Assembly: GCA_003646025.1 (NCBI GenBank)
Contig: QNDR01000004.1
Span: 1 to 54,388, forward strand
Source: Candidatus Fermentibacterota bacterium
Lineage (GTDB): Bacteria; Fermentibacterota; Fermentibacteria; Fermentibacterales; JCC-6
DNA: 54,388 nt
Direction: 5' to 3'
Shown one piece after another: positions 1 to 10,238 of the stretch (its first letter is position 1; every line of letters starts with the position of its first letter). Below the pieces are notes generated by a model. That model saw only the letters and a list, made by a program, of their open reading frames with translations. It ran no database searches and was not told the origin of the DNA. Position numbers and translations under genes: made by a program.

Positions 1-2163
1 ATTGCTCCGACCTCACCTGAGCTGATGTTTCTGGCCGCAGAAGACTTAATTGGAAAAACTCTGCACCAGGTTTTTCCAAAAGCCGAGGCAGATCAGTTTC
101 TTTCCTTTATCCGCCGGTGTATCGACGAGAATGAAACCATCTCTATAGAGTACCCTATGGTTATAGGGAAGAGAACAGTCTGGTTCGAGGGAAGAGCAAC
201 TCCCAAGACGAAAAACACTGTTCTTTACATCGCAACGGATATCACGAAGAAGAAACTCTCTGAGGATGCGTTGCGGGAAAGTGAAGAGCGTCTTCGTGCT
301 TTAATAAATGCCATGCCCGATATTGTTTGTTTCAAAGATGGCCAGGGCAGGTGGCTTGAAGCGAATGAGTCTGACATCAGGCTGTTTCAACTTGATGGTG
401 TTGATTTCAGGGGGAAGAAAGATTCCGAACTCGCAGAATTTACTCCATTCTACAGTGATGCTTTTAATACATGTGAAGAAACTGATGAGCATGCCTGGGA
501 GGCCGGTTGCATAACTCGATCAGAGGAAGTTATTCGCCGCCCGGATGATTCCCCGGTTGTTCTTGATGTTATAAAAGTTCCCACTTTCTACGCAGACGGG
601 CAACGGAAGGGACTTGTTGTTGTTGGCCGCGACATCACTCTTCGCAAGAATGCTGAAGCCGAGCGTGTACGGTTGATGATGGCTATTGAGCAGGCTGCAG
701 AGACCATAGTCATTACCGATCCTCAAGGCATTATCGAGTATTTGAACCCTGCTTTCGAAAAGGTAACGGGTTATTCCAGAGATGAGGTTATCGGGCAGAA
801 TCCCAGTATGTTGGCAAGCGGTGAACATGATCTTGCATTTTACCAGGACATGTGGGAAACACTTACCAGAGGTGAAAACTGGGCCGGACGGATCATAAAC
901 AAAAAGAAGGACGGCTCTTTTTACACTGAAGAAGCAACTATTTCACCCGTAAGAGACCCCTCCGGTGATGTCATAAACTATGTTGCTGTTAAGCACGACA
1001 TTACCACTGAACTGAAGCTTGAGGAACAACTGCGACAGGCACAGAAGATGGAAGCCGTAGGGCAGCTTGCCGGTGGTGTTGCACACGATTTTAACAACAT
1101 TTTACAGGTAATAAACGGGTACACGCAACTGACCCTGGCTGAAATCAACAAGGAGCATTCTGCTTATGAATTTGTCCGGGAAATAGCAAAAGCAGGGGAT
1201 CGAGCTCAATCACTTGTCAGCCAGCTGCTTTCCTTCAGCCGACGACAGATAATCAACCCGGTAGATCTTGACCTGAATGAAGTAACAGAGAAACTCATGA
1301 AGATGATACGACGGGTTATCGGGGAACACATTCACTGCGAGTTCATTCCCGGTCACGAGCTTGGCACGATTCAGGCTGATTCCGGGCAGATGGAGCAGAT
1401 CCTTATGAATCTTTGTGTTAATTCCCGCGATGCTCTTGCTGGTGGAGGGAATATCTCAATTGAGACCGGGAATGTTCTTATCGATGCAGAGTATGCAGCA
1501 AAACACCCCTGGGCCAAACCCGGTCGATATGTTCTGCTAAGCGTAACTGATGATGGTTGCGGGATGGATAAGAAAACACTTGCAGGCATATTTGACCCAT
1601 TTTTTACTACCAAATCCGTTGGGAAGGGAACCGGGCTGGGCATGTCTACAGTATACGGTATTGTTAAACAGCACAAGGGGGAAATTCAGGTTTACAGCGA
1701 ACCCGGCAGGGGAACGGTGGTTAAGATTTACCTGCCTGTTGTTGCGAGAAGAGCTGCAGATGTAGCGAGCCAGGTGGATGCTTCCGTAACTGGTGGAGCA
1801 GAGACTATTCTTGTTGCAGAAGATGATAACGCGGTTCGAAACCTGACAAGGCAGACTCTTGTCACGGCTGGATACACAGTTATTGATGCAAAGAATGGAA
1901 ATGATGCTGTTAGCCTGTTCCATAAACATGCTGACAAGATCAACCTCCTTATGCTGGATGTTGTCATGCCCGGGCTTGGTGGAAAAGAGGTTTATGACAG
2001 AATTCACGAAACACACCCTGATGTACCGGCACTGTTTTGCAGCGGATACAGCAGGAATGCTATTCACACAGGGTTTGTTCTTGATTCCGATCTGAATTTT
2101 ATACAGAAACCATACGGTTCTGATTCGCTTCTTCGTAAGATACGCCAGGTGCTTGACTCATGA
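1..2163 (+). CDS. Multi-PAS hybrid sensor histidine kinase (PAS x3-HisKA-HATPase-REC), probably 5'-partial
   Basis: The frame is open from base 1 (first in-frame ATG at 25). H-box AGGVAHDFNNIL, N-box NLCVNSRDA, G-boxes DDGCG and FTTK..GKGTGLG, C-terminal receiver VAEDD...MLDVVMP...KP. Confidence 0.93.
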   Translation: MAPTSPELMFLAAEDLIGKTLHQVFPKAEADQFLSFIRRCIDENETISIEYPMVIGKRTVWFEGRATPKTKNTVLYIATDITKKKLSEDALRESEERLRALINAMPDIVCFKDGQGRWLEANESDIRLFQLDGVDFRGKKDSELAEFTPFYSDAFNTCEETDEHAWEAGCITRSEEVIRRPDDSPVVLDVIKVPTFYADGQRKGLVVVGRDITLRKNAEAERVRLMMAIEQAAETIVITDPQGIIEYLNPAFEKVTGYSRDEVIGQNPSMLASGEHDLAFYQDMWETLTRGENWAGRIINKKKDGSFYTEEATISPVRDPSGDVINYVAVKHDITTELKLEEQLRQAQKMEAVGQLAGGVAHDFNNILQVINGYTQLTLAEINKEHSAYEFVREIAKAGDRAQSLVSQLLSFSRRQIINPVDLDLNEVTEKLMKMIRRVIGEHIHCEFIPGHELGTIQADSGQMEQILMNLCVNSRDALAGGGNISIETGNVLIDAEYAAKHPWAKPGRYVLLSVTDDGCGMDKKTLAGIFDPFFTTKSVGKGTGLGMSTVYGIVKQHKGEIQVYSEPGRGTVVKIYLPVVARRAADVASQVDASVTGGAETILVAEDDNAVRNLTRQTLVTAGYTVIDAKNGNDAVSLFHKHADKINLLMLDVVMPGLGGKEVYDRIHETHPDVPALFCSGYSRNAIHTGFVLDSDLNFIQKPYGSDSLLRKIRQVLDS

Positions 2164-5100
2164 TAAAGGAAAATGAGCTTCCTGCTCCTCTGAAGGAGCA
2201 GTCTGAAAAAGAACTGCACATGTACAAACATCTTGTCTCTTTAACCAACGATCATATGTCTTTTGTCGGCACTGATTATGTGTACCGTGCTGTAAACAAT
2301 GCGTATCTCGCAGCTCATGGTAAAACCAGCGATATGATCGTTGGCCATACCATTGCTGAACTTATGGGTGAAGATGTTTTTGCGGGTCAGATAAAGGAAA
2401 GGTACGACAGATGTCTTGCCGGAGAGATGGTTCAATATCAGGAGTGGTTTGATTTTCCAAACCTCGGGCTTTGCTGCATGGATGTGGTCTATCATCCTTA
2501 TCTTAATGAAACAGGCGATGTTACGGGAGTTGTTGTAAGCAGTAGAGATATTACAGAGCTTTACAATTCAAAAAGGGAACTGGATGAAAAAACATCTCTC
2601 CTGGAAAGCATTCTTCACAGCACCACCGAAACGGCAATTATTACAACCGATCTTGACTTGCGCATTAACTATTTCAATCCCGCAGCTGAAAAGTTGTATG
2701 GCTACAAGGCTGATCAAGTTACAGGTAGAACCGTTATGGATATTCACAAATCATTCAATGTTGCACCGGAAAGACTGGAAAGAGCTCTTGAAATAGTTCG
2801 CAAAACAGGTTGCTATGATTACCTGCATGATCTGGATACAGGAGCAGGTTCCGGTATTCGTCACATAAAATCCCGACTTGAGGGAATCTATAACTCAAAA
2901 GGGGAGATGACAGGTTATTCAAAGTTCGCCTGGGATGTTACTGACAGCAGACAGATGGAAATGAAGCTTCGTGAAAGTGAACAGCGTTTTCATGCATTGT
3001 TTGACGAAATAAGCGATGGGGTTGCTGTTTACGAAGCTGTTGATGATGGTGCAGATTTTGTTTTTCTGGATCTTAACAGAGCCGGGCAGAAAATGGATAG
3101 TGTATCCAGAGAAGATGCAGTGGGACGCAGAGTTACGGATGTCTTTCCCGGCGTCGAGCAGTTCGGACTTATGGATGTTTTACGAAGAGTCTGGAAAACA
3201 GGGGTTTCTGAAGTTCATCCTGCGTCACTCTATCAAGATGGCAGGGTATCGTTCTGGCGGAGGAACACTGTCTACAAACTGCCTTCCGGGGAAGTTGTGG
3301 CAGTTTACTCCGATGAAACTTTAAGGAAGCAATCGGAAGAAGCACTGCGGAAAAGCGAAGAAAACTACAGGCTTCTTGTTGAAACCAATACCAGCGGGAT
3401 TCAGGAAATAGATGTTTCCGGAATGATTGTTTTCGGGAACCAGGCTTACCACAACCTTCTGGGTTACACGAATGGTGAACTGATGGGCAGATCGATGTAT
3501 GATCAGCTCGAAAAGGATGAGGCAATAAGGCTTTCCGATCACATCAAGTTCCTGATAGAGCAGCAGCCTGAACCGGAGCCCTGGTTCGGTACTCTAACAA
3601 AAAAAGACGGTACGGTTATAGATTTTCGCGCAGACTGGAACTACAAGCGGAACGAAAGCGGTGAAGTAATCGGGTTCATTTCTGTTCTGACTGATATAAC
3701 CCAGCGGAAACTGGATGAAGAGATTCTGAAGGCGGAACACGCAAGATTTGTTACTGTCATGGATTCTCTGGACGCAATGGTGTATGTGGCGGATATGCAG
3801 ACACACGAGATCCTTTTTGTTAACAGGTACATTCGAGACAGCTTTGGTGATGTTACCGGAAAGATCTGCTGGCAGGTACTGCAATCCGGACAGACCGAAC
3901 CATGCAGCTTCTGCACAAACCACCTGCTTCTTGATCAGAACTCCAAGCCTGCGGACCCTGTGATCTGGGAATTCAGGAATACCGCTGACGGGAAATGGTA
4001 TCAATGCAGAGACCAGGCAATCCCATGGCTTGATGGACGACTTGTTCGAATAGAGATAGCATTTGATATAAGCCACAGAAAGCTAACAGAAGAGTCTCTT
4101 GCCGTAGAAAAGCGAAGACTGTCGGACATTATCTCCGGAACCAATGTGGGTACATGGGAGTGGAATATTCAAACGGGAGAACTTCTTGTTAATGAGCGCT
4201 GGGCCGGGATCATCGGTTATACCCTTAAGGAATTGTCTCCAGTCACCACGGACACCTGGAACGGATTTGTTCACCCTGAAGACCTGCCAAAGGTGGATGA
4301 GAATCTTGAAAAGCACTTCAGCGGTGAACTTGAGTACTATGTGCTTGAGGCCAGAATAAAACACAGGAATGGAGATTGGGTCTGGGTGCAGGACAGAGGC
4401 AGGGTGTCCACATGGGCTGCTGATGGTAAGCCTCTTCTAATGTCGGGAACCCATATTGACATTACAGAGCGTAAGCATGCAGAAGAAGAAATTATCAAGC
4501 GCGAGCGATACCTGAAAGGTCTGAATGAATCTGCCAAGATTCTGCTTGCTTCTGTGGGATCAATTCCCTTCCAGGAATTTATCGACTGTCTCGGGCCGGC
4601 TTCTGGGGCCAGCCGTACTTACATATTTATGAATCATTACGGACCCCGGGGAGAGCTGTTGTTAAGCCAGAAAGCAGAATGGTGTGCTCCGGGGATTCTG
4701 CCGGAAACAGACAATCCACTGCTGCAGAATCTCTCCTATGACAGGTGGTTTCCAAGGTGGTGGGATATTCTCCACAAAGGCGATCTTATAAACGGTCGTG
4801 TTGCTGATTTTCCGGAATCTGAACGGGAAGTCCTTGATCCTCAGGACATTCTGGCAATCCTGATAATTCCGTTAGTAGTAGATAACGAATTTATTGGCTT
4901 TATTGGTTTCGACAATTGTGTCTCTGACATGGAATGGGACGACGTAGAACAGACTTTTCTCAGTACTGCTGCAAACGATCTTTCTCAGGCCATCAGGCGT
5001 GTTCGCATGGAAGAGAAGGTGCGAATCTCACTGAGGGAAAAGGAAGTGCTTCTTCGTGAGATACACCACCGGGTAAAGAACAACATGCAGGTTGTCTCAA

Positions 5101-5693
5101 GTCTGCTTAATCTTCAGGCACGAGGAGTGCCTCCGGGCAAAGCACTGGATGCTATTCGAGAGAGCCAGAGACGCATCAGTGCAATATCTCAGGTACATGA
5201 GGCTCTTTATCTGTCAAGTGACCTGAGTCGCATTTCCATGGACAAGTACCTTACTGGGGTTCTAAGAGAGATCACTAGTTTGTGTTCTTTAGAGGAAGAG
5301 AATATTCGATACAGCATTGATGCTCACGATCTGGCACTTACCATCTCTGACGCAATCCCCATTGGTCTTGTAACCAATGAACTGGTAACCAATGCATTCA
5401 AGCATGCCTTTCCGGAACAACGAAAGGGTTTGATTCAAATTACTATTAGAGAGCTTTCTGATAATACTGTAGAACTTATGGTAGCAGACGACGGGGTAGG
5501 GATGCCTGGGGAGATGGATATTATGGGTGCTAAAACCCTGGGATTGCAGATAGTTCGCAGTCTGGTTAAGACGCAACTCGGCGGAACGATAAATATTATT
5601 CGCGATAAAGGTACCACTTTCAGCATCAAATTCAGCCGGTCAATTGATCCGGGATCTGAAAGTAAGTTGCCTGACCAGGCAGGGAGAGGGTAA
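2160..5693 (+). CDS. Multi-PAS/GAF sensor histidine kinase, HisKA_2 (HWE/PdtaS-like) family
   Basis: About six PAS repeats and a GAF domain. H-box LREIHHRVKNNMQ, NELVTNAFKHAF, DDGVG, TLGL. ATGA overlap with the upstream gene. Confidence 0.93.
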   Translation: MIKENELPAPLKEQSEKELHMYKHLVSLTNDHMSFVGTDYVYRAVNNAYLAAHGKTSDMIVGHTIAELMGEDVFAGQIKERYDRCLAGEMVQYQEWFDFPNLGLCCMDVVYHPYLNETGDVTGVVVSSRDITELYNSKRELDEKTSLLESILHSTTETAIITTDLDLRINYFNPAAEKLYGYKADQVTGRTVMDIHKSFNVAPERLERALEIVRKTGCYDYLHDLDTGAGSGIRHIKSRLEGIYNSKGEMTGYSKFAWDVTDSRQMEMKLRESEQRFHALFDEISDGVAVYEAVDDGADFVFLDLNRAGQKMDSVSREDAVGRRVTDVFPGVEQFGLMDVLRRVWKTGVSEVHPASLYQDGRVSFWRRNTVYKLPSGEVVAVYSDETLRKQSEEALRKSEENYRLLVETNTSGIQEIDVSGMIVFGNQAYHNLLGYTNGELMGRSMYDQLEKDEAIRLSDHIKFLIEQQPEPEPWFGTLTKKDGTVIDFRADWNYKRNESGEVIGFISVLTDITQRKLDEEILKAEHARFVTVMDSLDAMVYVADMQTHEILFVNRYIRDSFGDVTGKICWQVLQSGQTEPCSFCTNHLLLDQNSKPADPVIWEFRNTADGKWYQCRDQAIPWLDGRLVRIEIAFDISHRKLTEESLAVEKRRLSDIISGTNVGTWEWNIQTGELLVNERWAGIIGYTLKELSPVTTDTWNGFVHPEDLPKVDENLEKHFSGELEYYVLEARIKHRNGDWVWVQDRGRVSTWAADGKPLLMSGTHIDITERKHAEEEIIKRERYLKGLNESAKILLASVGSIPFQEFIDCLGPASGASRTYIFMNHYGPRGELLLSQKAEWCAPGILPETDNPLLQNLSYDRWFPRWWDILHKGDLINGRVADFPESEREVLDPQDILAILIIPLVVDNEFIGFIGFDNCVSDMEWDDVEQTFLSTAANDLSQAIRRVRMEEKVRISLREKEVLLREIHHRVKNNMQVVSSLLNLQARGVPPGKALDAIRESQRRISAISQVHEALYLSSDLSRISMDKYLTGVLREITSLCSLEEENIRYSIDAHDLALTISDAIPIGLVTNELVTNAFKHAFPEQRKGLIQITIRELSDNTVELMVADDGVGMPGEMDIMGAKTLGLQIVRSLVKTQLGGTINIIRDKGTTFSIKFSRSIDPGSESKLPDQAGRG

Positions 5694-7243
5694 TGGATAA
5701 AGCAAAAATAATGATAGTTGAGGACGAGGGTCTTGTAGGGCTTGATATTCAGAACAGTCTTCAGGATCTGGGATACAGCACGACATCTGTTTTCTCCAGG
5801 GCCGGCGATGCTCTTGAGTGCCTGGAGAATGAATCTGTTGATCTTGTTTTGATGGACATCCATTTGATGGGTGATATGGATGGTATTGATGCAGCGAAAG
5901 AGATTAATGAGCGTTTTAGTATTCCAGTTATTTTCCTTACTGCTTTTGCCAACAGTGAAGTGATACAGCGCGCTCGCAGTGTTGGTGCTTCTGGATACCT
6001 GCTGAAACCTTTCAAAACAAAGGAACTGGAAGCAATGGTCGAAGTTGCTCTGTACAAGCACAGAGCCGATCTGGACAGGGGCATTCTGGAGAAAAGGCTT
6101 CAAAGGGCACAGAAGTACGAAAGCCTGCGGGTTATGGCCGGGGGGGTTGCTCACCAGTTTAACAACAGCCTGCATGCCGTTCTAGGGAATATATCTTTTG
6201 CCCTGGAGGACATTCCCAGAGAGTCTCCCTCCAGACACAGTTTGATGGAAGCCGAAAAGTCCGCGTGGAAGGCGGCTGAACTGAGCAAGCAGATGCTGGC
6301 TTTTTCCGGCCACGGGTTTGTCAAAACAACGGAACTTGATATTACAGCATTTATAGGGCAGTTGAAGCACCTGTTGAAGGCTATGCTTCCTCCGCATGTT
6401 GTTCTTGAATTTGATCTTACCCACATGCTTCCATTGATAAAGGCCGATCCGGGTCAGCTGAAACAGATTGTCATTGCTTTGATATTAAATGCCATGGAAG
6501 CTATTGATGGAAAGAGTGGCATAATTACAGTCAGAACTTCTTATATGGAATGTGACACAGATTATCTTGTACCGTTGCGGTTAGGCGAATTTCTTGAAGA
6601 AGGAACTTATGTCACCCTGGAAATTGCTGATACAGGGGTCGGTATGGATAGTGACACAATTCAGAAAGTATTTGATCCATTCTTTTCAACCAAATTCGCA
6701 GGAAGAGGCCTTGGCCTTCCGGCGTCTTTAGGTCTTGTTCAGGCACACCATGGAACTATCAGTATCAGCAGCAAACCTGGACAGGGATCAACGGTGAAGG
6801 TTCTGTTTCCCGCCTGCCAGGGGGAACATCATGAAGACAATATTCTAAGAGCCGGAGGATCACCGGCCTGGCAGGGCAGTGGAACCATCCTGCTTGTGGA
6901 TGACGAAGAAGCAGTTCGGACAATAAGCAAAACTATGCTGGAACGGTTTGGTTTTAAAGTTCTTACAGCTGAGAATGGTACTGAGGCAGTCAAAATATTA
7001 AACAGGAATTCAGAAGAGATAGTTTGCATTCTTCTTGATCATACCATGCCTGGAATGAGCGGAGAACAGGTATTTCAAGAAATTCGCAGGATACTGCCTG
7101 ATGTGAAAGTCGTTTTATGCAGTGGTTACAGCGAGGAGGAAGCCACACTCAATTTTCAAAAGGGAGATCTGGCCGGTTTTCTGCAGAAACCTTACGGATT
7201 TGCAAACATGGCTAATAAAATCAGGAAAGTTCTTGAATCCTGA
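5693..7243 (+). CDS. Hybrid kinase/response regulator REC-HisKA-HATPase-REC
   Basis: N-terminal receiver (IVEDE, LMDIHL, LKP), H-box GGVAHQFNN, DTGVG, FSTK, C-terminal receiver (LVDDE, LLDHTMP). TAATG coupling with the upstream gene. Confidence 0.92.
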   Translation: MDKAKIMIVEDEGLVGLDIQNSLQDLGYSTTSVFSRAGDALECLENESVDLVLMDIHLMGDMDGIDAAKEINERFSIPVIFLTAFANSEVIQRARSVGASGYLLKPFKTKELEAMVEVALYKHRADLDRGILEKRLQRAQKYESLRVMAGGVAHQFNNSLHAVLGNISFALEDIPRESPSRHSLMEAEKSAWKAAELSKQMLAFSGHGFVKTTELDITAFIGQLKHLLKAMLPPHVVLEFDLTHMLPLIKADPGQLKQIVIALILNAMEAIDGKSGIITVRTSYMECDTDYLVPLRLGEFLEEGTYVTLEIADTGVGMDSDTIQKVFDPFFSTKFAGRGLGLPASLGLVQAHHGTISISSKPGQGSTVKVLFPACQGEHHEDNILRAGGSPAWQGSGTILLVDDEEAVRTISKTMLERFGFKVLTAENGTEAVKILNRNSEEIVCILLDHTMPGMSGEQVFQEIRRILPDVKVVLCSGYSEEEATLNFQKGDLAGFLQKPYGFANMANKIRKVLES

Positions 7244-7273
7244 TCTGTTTCTGCTGTATTCCCGTTTATGATT

Positions 7274-7621
7274 CTAAGAGAGCAGATGTGTATTTAGATG
7301 AAGCCCAAGAACAAAGGCGGATATTCCAGCCAGAACATTGATAAGTATAAACGCACCTGCTGTAACAACATCCCCTGAGTTCCAGAGCTTTACCGCGTGC
7401 CCGCTGAAAGCGCTGAAAGTGGTTAAAGCACCAAGAAAACCGGTGGCAGCGAACAGAGCAAACCTCGAGTCGTGTGAGAGCAGTCCCATAACAAGACATC
7501 CGGCAAGGTTTACGGCAATGATCCCAATTGTACTTCCGGTAACGCTTACCACCAGATGGCGGACAACAGCACCGGCAAATCCGCCGGCTCCTACGGCTGC
7601 TGCTTCATAGATAAGCTTCAC
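7274..7621 (-). CDS. fluC: Fluoride efflux channel FluC/CrcB family protein
   Basis: 115 aa, four hydrophobic helices, motifs [32 protein letters not shown] start overlaps the fusA stop. Confidence 0.85.
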   Translation of the reverse strand: MKLIYEAAAVGAGGFAGAVVRHLVVSVTGSTIGIIAVNLAGCLVMGLLSHDSRFALFAATGFLGALTTFSAFSGHAVKLWNSGDVVTAGAFILINVLAGISAFVLGLHLNTHLLS

Positions 7622-9699
7622 TTGTTTTTGTATTGTTTCAGCACTTCTTCAGCTACAGACGCCGGAACAGCTTCGTAGTGTTCGAACTGCATGGAAAAAG
7701 ACGCTCTTCCCTGTGTGGAATTGCGAAGATCGGTTGCGTAACCGAACATTTTAGACAGAGGAATCCTGGCTTTGAATTCCTTCGCATTTCCACGGGCTTC
7801 CATGGCTACAATAATTCCCCGACGTTCATAAATACTTCCCGATACTCCGCCGGAGTATTCTTCGGGAGTAACGATTGAAACAGTCATCATCGGTTCAAGA
7901 AGGCGGGGACTGCACTTCATAAAGGCCTTCTTAAATGCATTTCTTGCACAGATACGGAATGCCATTTCTGAGGAATCAACTGCGTGGCTGGATCCGTCTT
8001 TCAGTGTGACTTTAACATCCACAACGGGGAAGTTGCAGTAAACTCCGTCTTTCATGGCGTCTATTATACCTTTTTCCACCGATGGTATGTATTCCTTTGG
8101 TATGTTTCCGCCCTTTACAGAGTTCTTGAATTCAAACCCGCTTCCTGCAGGAAGAGGTTCAAGAGTGAAAATAATCTGGGCGAACTGACCCTTTCCACCG
8201 GTCTGTTTCTTGTATCTTTCGTTCCAGTCCACAGAACCCATAATGGTTTCTCGGTAGGCCACCTGTGGTTCATTGACTTCAACCTCAACAAAGAATTCCC
8301 GCTTTATTCTGTCTATAAGTATTTCAAGATGCAGTTCCCCCATGCCGGAAAGAACGGTATCTCCTGTTTCATCGTTGGTTTCCACGGTAAAAGTAGGGTC
8401 TTCCTCAGCCAGTTTTGTCAGGGCGTCGGTGAGTTTGTCTCTGTCCTGCCTCTTAACCGGTTTTACAGCAATGCTCAGAACCGGAGCAGGGAACTCGATG
8501 GCTTCAAGAATGATCGGATCTTCCGGTGAACAGAGCGTGTCACCTGTAATGGTGTCTGAAAGACCAATGACAGCACCTATCTCACCTGTATTCAGTCGGT
8601 CAACAGCCTCACGCTTGTTGGCATGCATTCTAAGTATCCTGCCAACTCTCTGTTTCTTTCCGGTTGTAGAATTCAGTACGTGGGTTCCTGCTTCAAGAAC
8701 TCCGGAGTAAACTCTGGTGTAGATCAGTTTTCCCGTGTGTCTGTCTGTTACCACCTTGAATGCAAGGGCTGCAAGGGGACCATCGTTTCCAGGTTCACGC
8801 TGTTCAAGCTTTCCCGTTTTGCTTCTGCCGCTGATAGGCGGAAGGTCAACAGGAGATGGGAGATAAGAAATTACAGCATCAAGCAGCCTCTGTATACCTT
8901 TGTTTTTGTAGGCGCTTCCACAAAGAACAGGGCAGACCAGCCCGGAGTGGGTTGCCTTCCTGATTGCTGCCGAAAGCTCGGATTTTGTTATCTCTTTATC
9001 GGCACAAAACTTGTCAAGGAGTTCTTCATCAACTTCGCTCACTTTTTCAACAAGGATCAGTCGCTGTCTGGCTGCCAGGGCTTCCATTTCTGCAGGAATG
9101 GGTTTTTCTTCAAATATTTTTCCGCCGGACTGTTCGTCGTAGTACACCGCACAGTTGTCAACCAGGTCGATGATGCCCAGGAAATCGCCATTTTTACCGG
9201 TAATGGGAATAGTAATGGGGATGGCATTGGCATTCAGCCTTGAGTGCAGTTCTTTCACAACGCCGTAAAAATCTGCGCCGGACCTGTCCATCTTGTTGAC
9301 GAATGCAATACGGGGAACACTGTACTTGTCCGCCTGACGCCAGACAGTTTCACTCTGAGGCTCAACGCCGCCTACTGCGCAGAAGAGAGCGATGGTTCCA
9401 TCCAGTATTCTAAGGCTTCTTTCTACCTCTACAGTAAAATCCACATGTCCCGGGGTATCAATCAGGTTGATCTGATGCCCTTTCCATTCTGTTGTTGTGG
9501 CAGCGCTTGTAATGGTAATTCCCCGCTCCTGCTCCTGGGCCATCCAGTCAAGTGTGGCCTCTCCGTCGTGTACTTCACCGATTTTGTGAGATTTTCCAGT
9601 GTAGTAAAGGATTCTTTCGGATACGGTGGTTTTACCGGCATCAATGTGAGCCATTATTCCTATATTGCGAATCATCTCGAGATTGTAATCCCGTGCCAT
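7618..9699 (-). CDS. fusA: Translation elongation factor G
   Basis: [56 protein letters not shown]; 693 aa; SD GAAGGA upstream. Confidence 0.97.
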   Translation of the reverse strand: MARDYNLEMIRNIGIMAHIDAGKTTVSERILYYTGKSHKIGEVHDGEATLDWMAQEQERGITITSAATTTEWKGHQINLIDTPGHVDFTVEVERSLRILDGTIALFCAVGGVEPQSETVWRQADKYSVPRIAFVNKMDRSGADFYGVVKELHSRLNANAIPITIPITGKNGDFLGIIDLVDNCAVYYDEQSGGKIFEEKPIPAEMEALAARQRLILVEKVSEVDEELLDKFCADKEITKSELSAAIRKATHSGLVCPVLCGSAYKNKGIQRLLDAVISYLPSPVDLPPISGRSKTGKLEQREPGNDGPLAALAFKVVTDRHTGKLIYTRVYSGVLEAGTHVLNSTTGKKQRVGRILRMHANKREAVDRLNTGEIGAVIGLSDTITGDTLCSPEDPIILEAIEFPAPVLSIAVKPVKRQDRDKLTDALTKLAEEDPTFTVETNDETGDTVLSGMGELHLEILIDRIKREFFVEVEVNEPQVAYRETIMGSVDWNERYKKQTGGKGQFAQIIFTLEPLPAGSGFEFKNSVKGGNIPKEYIPSVEKGIIDAMKDGVYCNFPVVDVKVTLKDGSSHAVDSSEMAFRICARNAFKKAFMKCSPRLLEPMMTVSIVTPEEYSGGVSGSIYERRGIIVAMEARGNAKEFKARIPLSKMFGYATDLRNSTQGRASFSMQFEHYEAVPASVAEEVLKQYKNK

Positions 9700-9739
9700 C
9701 TATCCTTCTCCGTTCCTGATTGATTGAAATTAGCGCCCG

Positions 9740-9769
9740 AATATACCCCGGTACCTGTGTTGTGTGCAA
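9740..9769 (-). promoter_or_regulatory. Putative sigma70 promoter for fusA-fluC
   Basis: Minus strand TTGCAC-18 bp-TATATT, about 40 nt upstream of the fusA ATG. Confidence 0.45.
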
Positions 9770-9839
9770 TTCTTCACAGAATTACTCTTTTCACCTTCAG
9801 CTGGGTGAGGAACGTGGTATGTTTCAGAAAGACAGGCAA

Positions 9840-10238
9840 TCAGTCACGGTCTCCGGTGTATTCTGCTTCTACTGTAATTGAGATACCACCTCTTACGCCG
9901 AAATCCGCCTGAACACGGCACCATCTGGGATGGATGGCTTCCACAAGATCGTCCAGGATCATGTTCGTGACGTGTTCGTGAAAAACACCCCTGTTGCGGT
10001 ATGTCTGAAAGTACAGTTTAAGAGATTTTGATTCCACTATCCTTTTATCCGGTATGTAGGTGATGGTGACTGTGGCAAAATCAGGCTGGCCTGTTTTCGG
10101 GCAGACACAGGTAAACTCATCAGTTGAAAGGGTCACTGTGTAATCCCGTTGGAGATTCCTGTTCGGGAACGCTTCCAGTCCCCTGAATTCATCCGTGGAT
10201 CTCCCAAGGAGGGATAGCTCGTTTAGATCATTTGTCAT
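9840..10238 (-). CDS. queF: NADPH-dependent 7-cyano-7-deazaguanine (preQ0) reductase, unimodular type
   Basis: EFTCVCPKTGQPDFA (catalytic Cys and Asp), QueF motif VESKSLKLY, FHE, RGGI. Confidence 0.95.
   Translation of the reverse strand: MTNDLNELSLLGRSTDEFRGLEAFPNRNLQRDYTVTLSTDEFTCVCPKTGQPDFATVTITYIPDKRIVESKSLKLYFQTYRNRGVFHEHVTNMILDDLVEAIHPRWCRVQADFGVRGGISITVEAEYTGDRD

Noticed and set aside
9700-9840. Fluoride riboswitch upstream of fusA-fluC, or preQ1 riboswitch for queF
   Set aside because: No GGCGATGG..CGCC-type fluoride motif is visible. The queF start overlaps the upstream kinase gene, leaving no leader.
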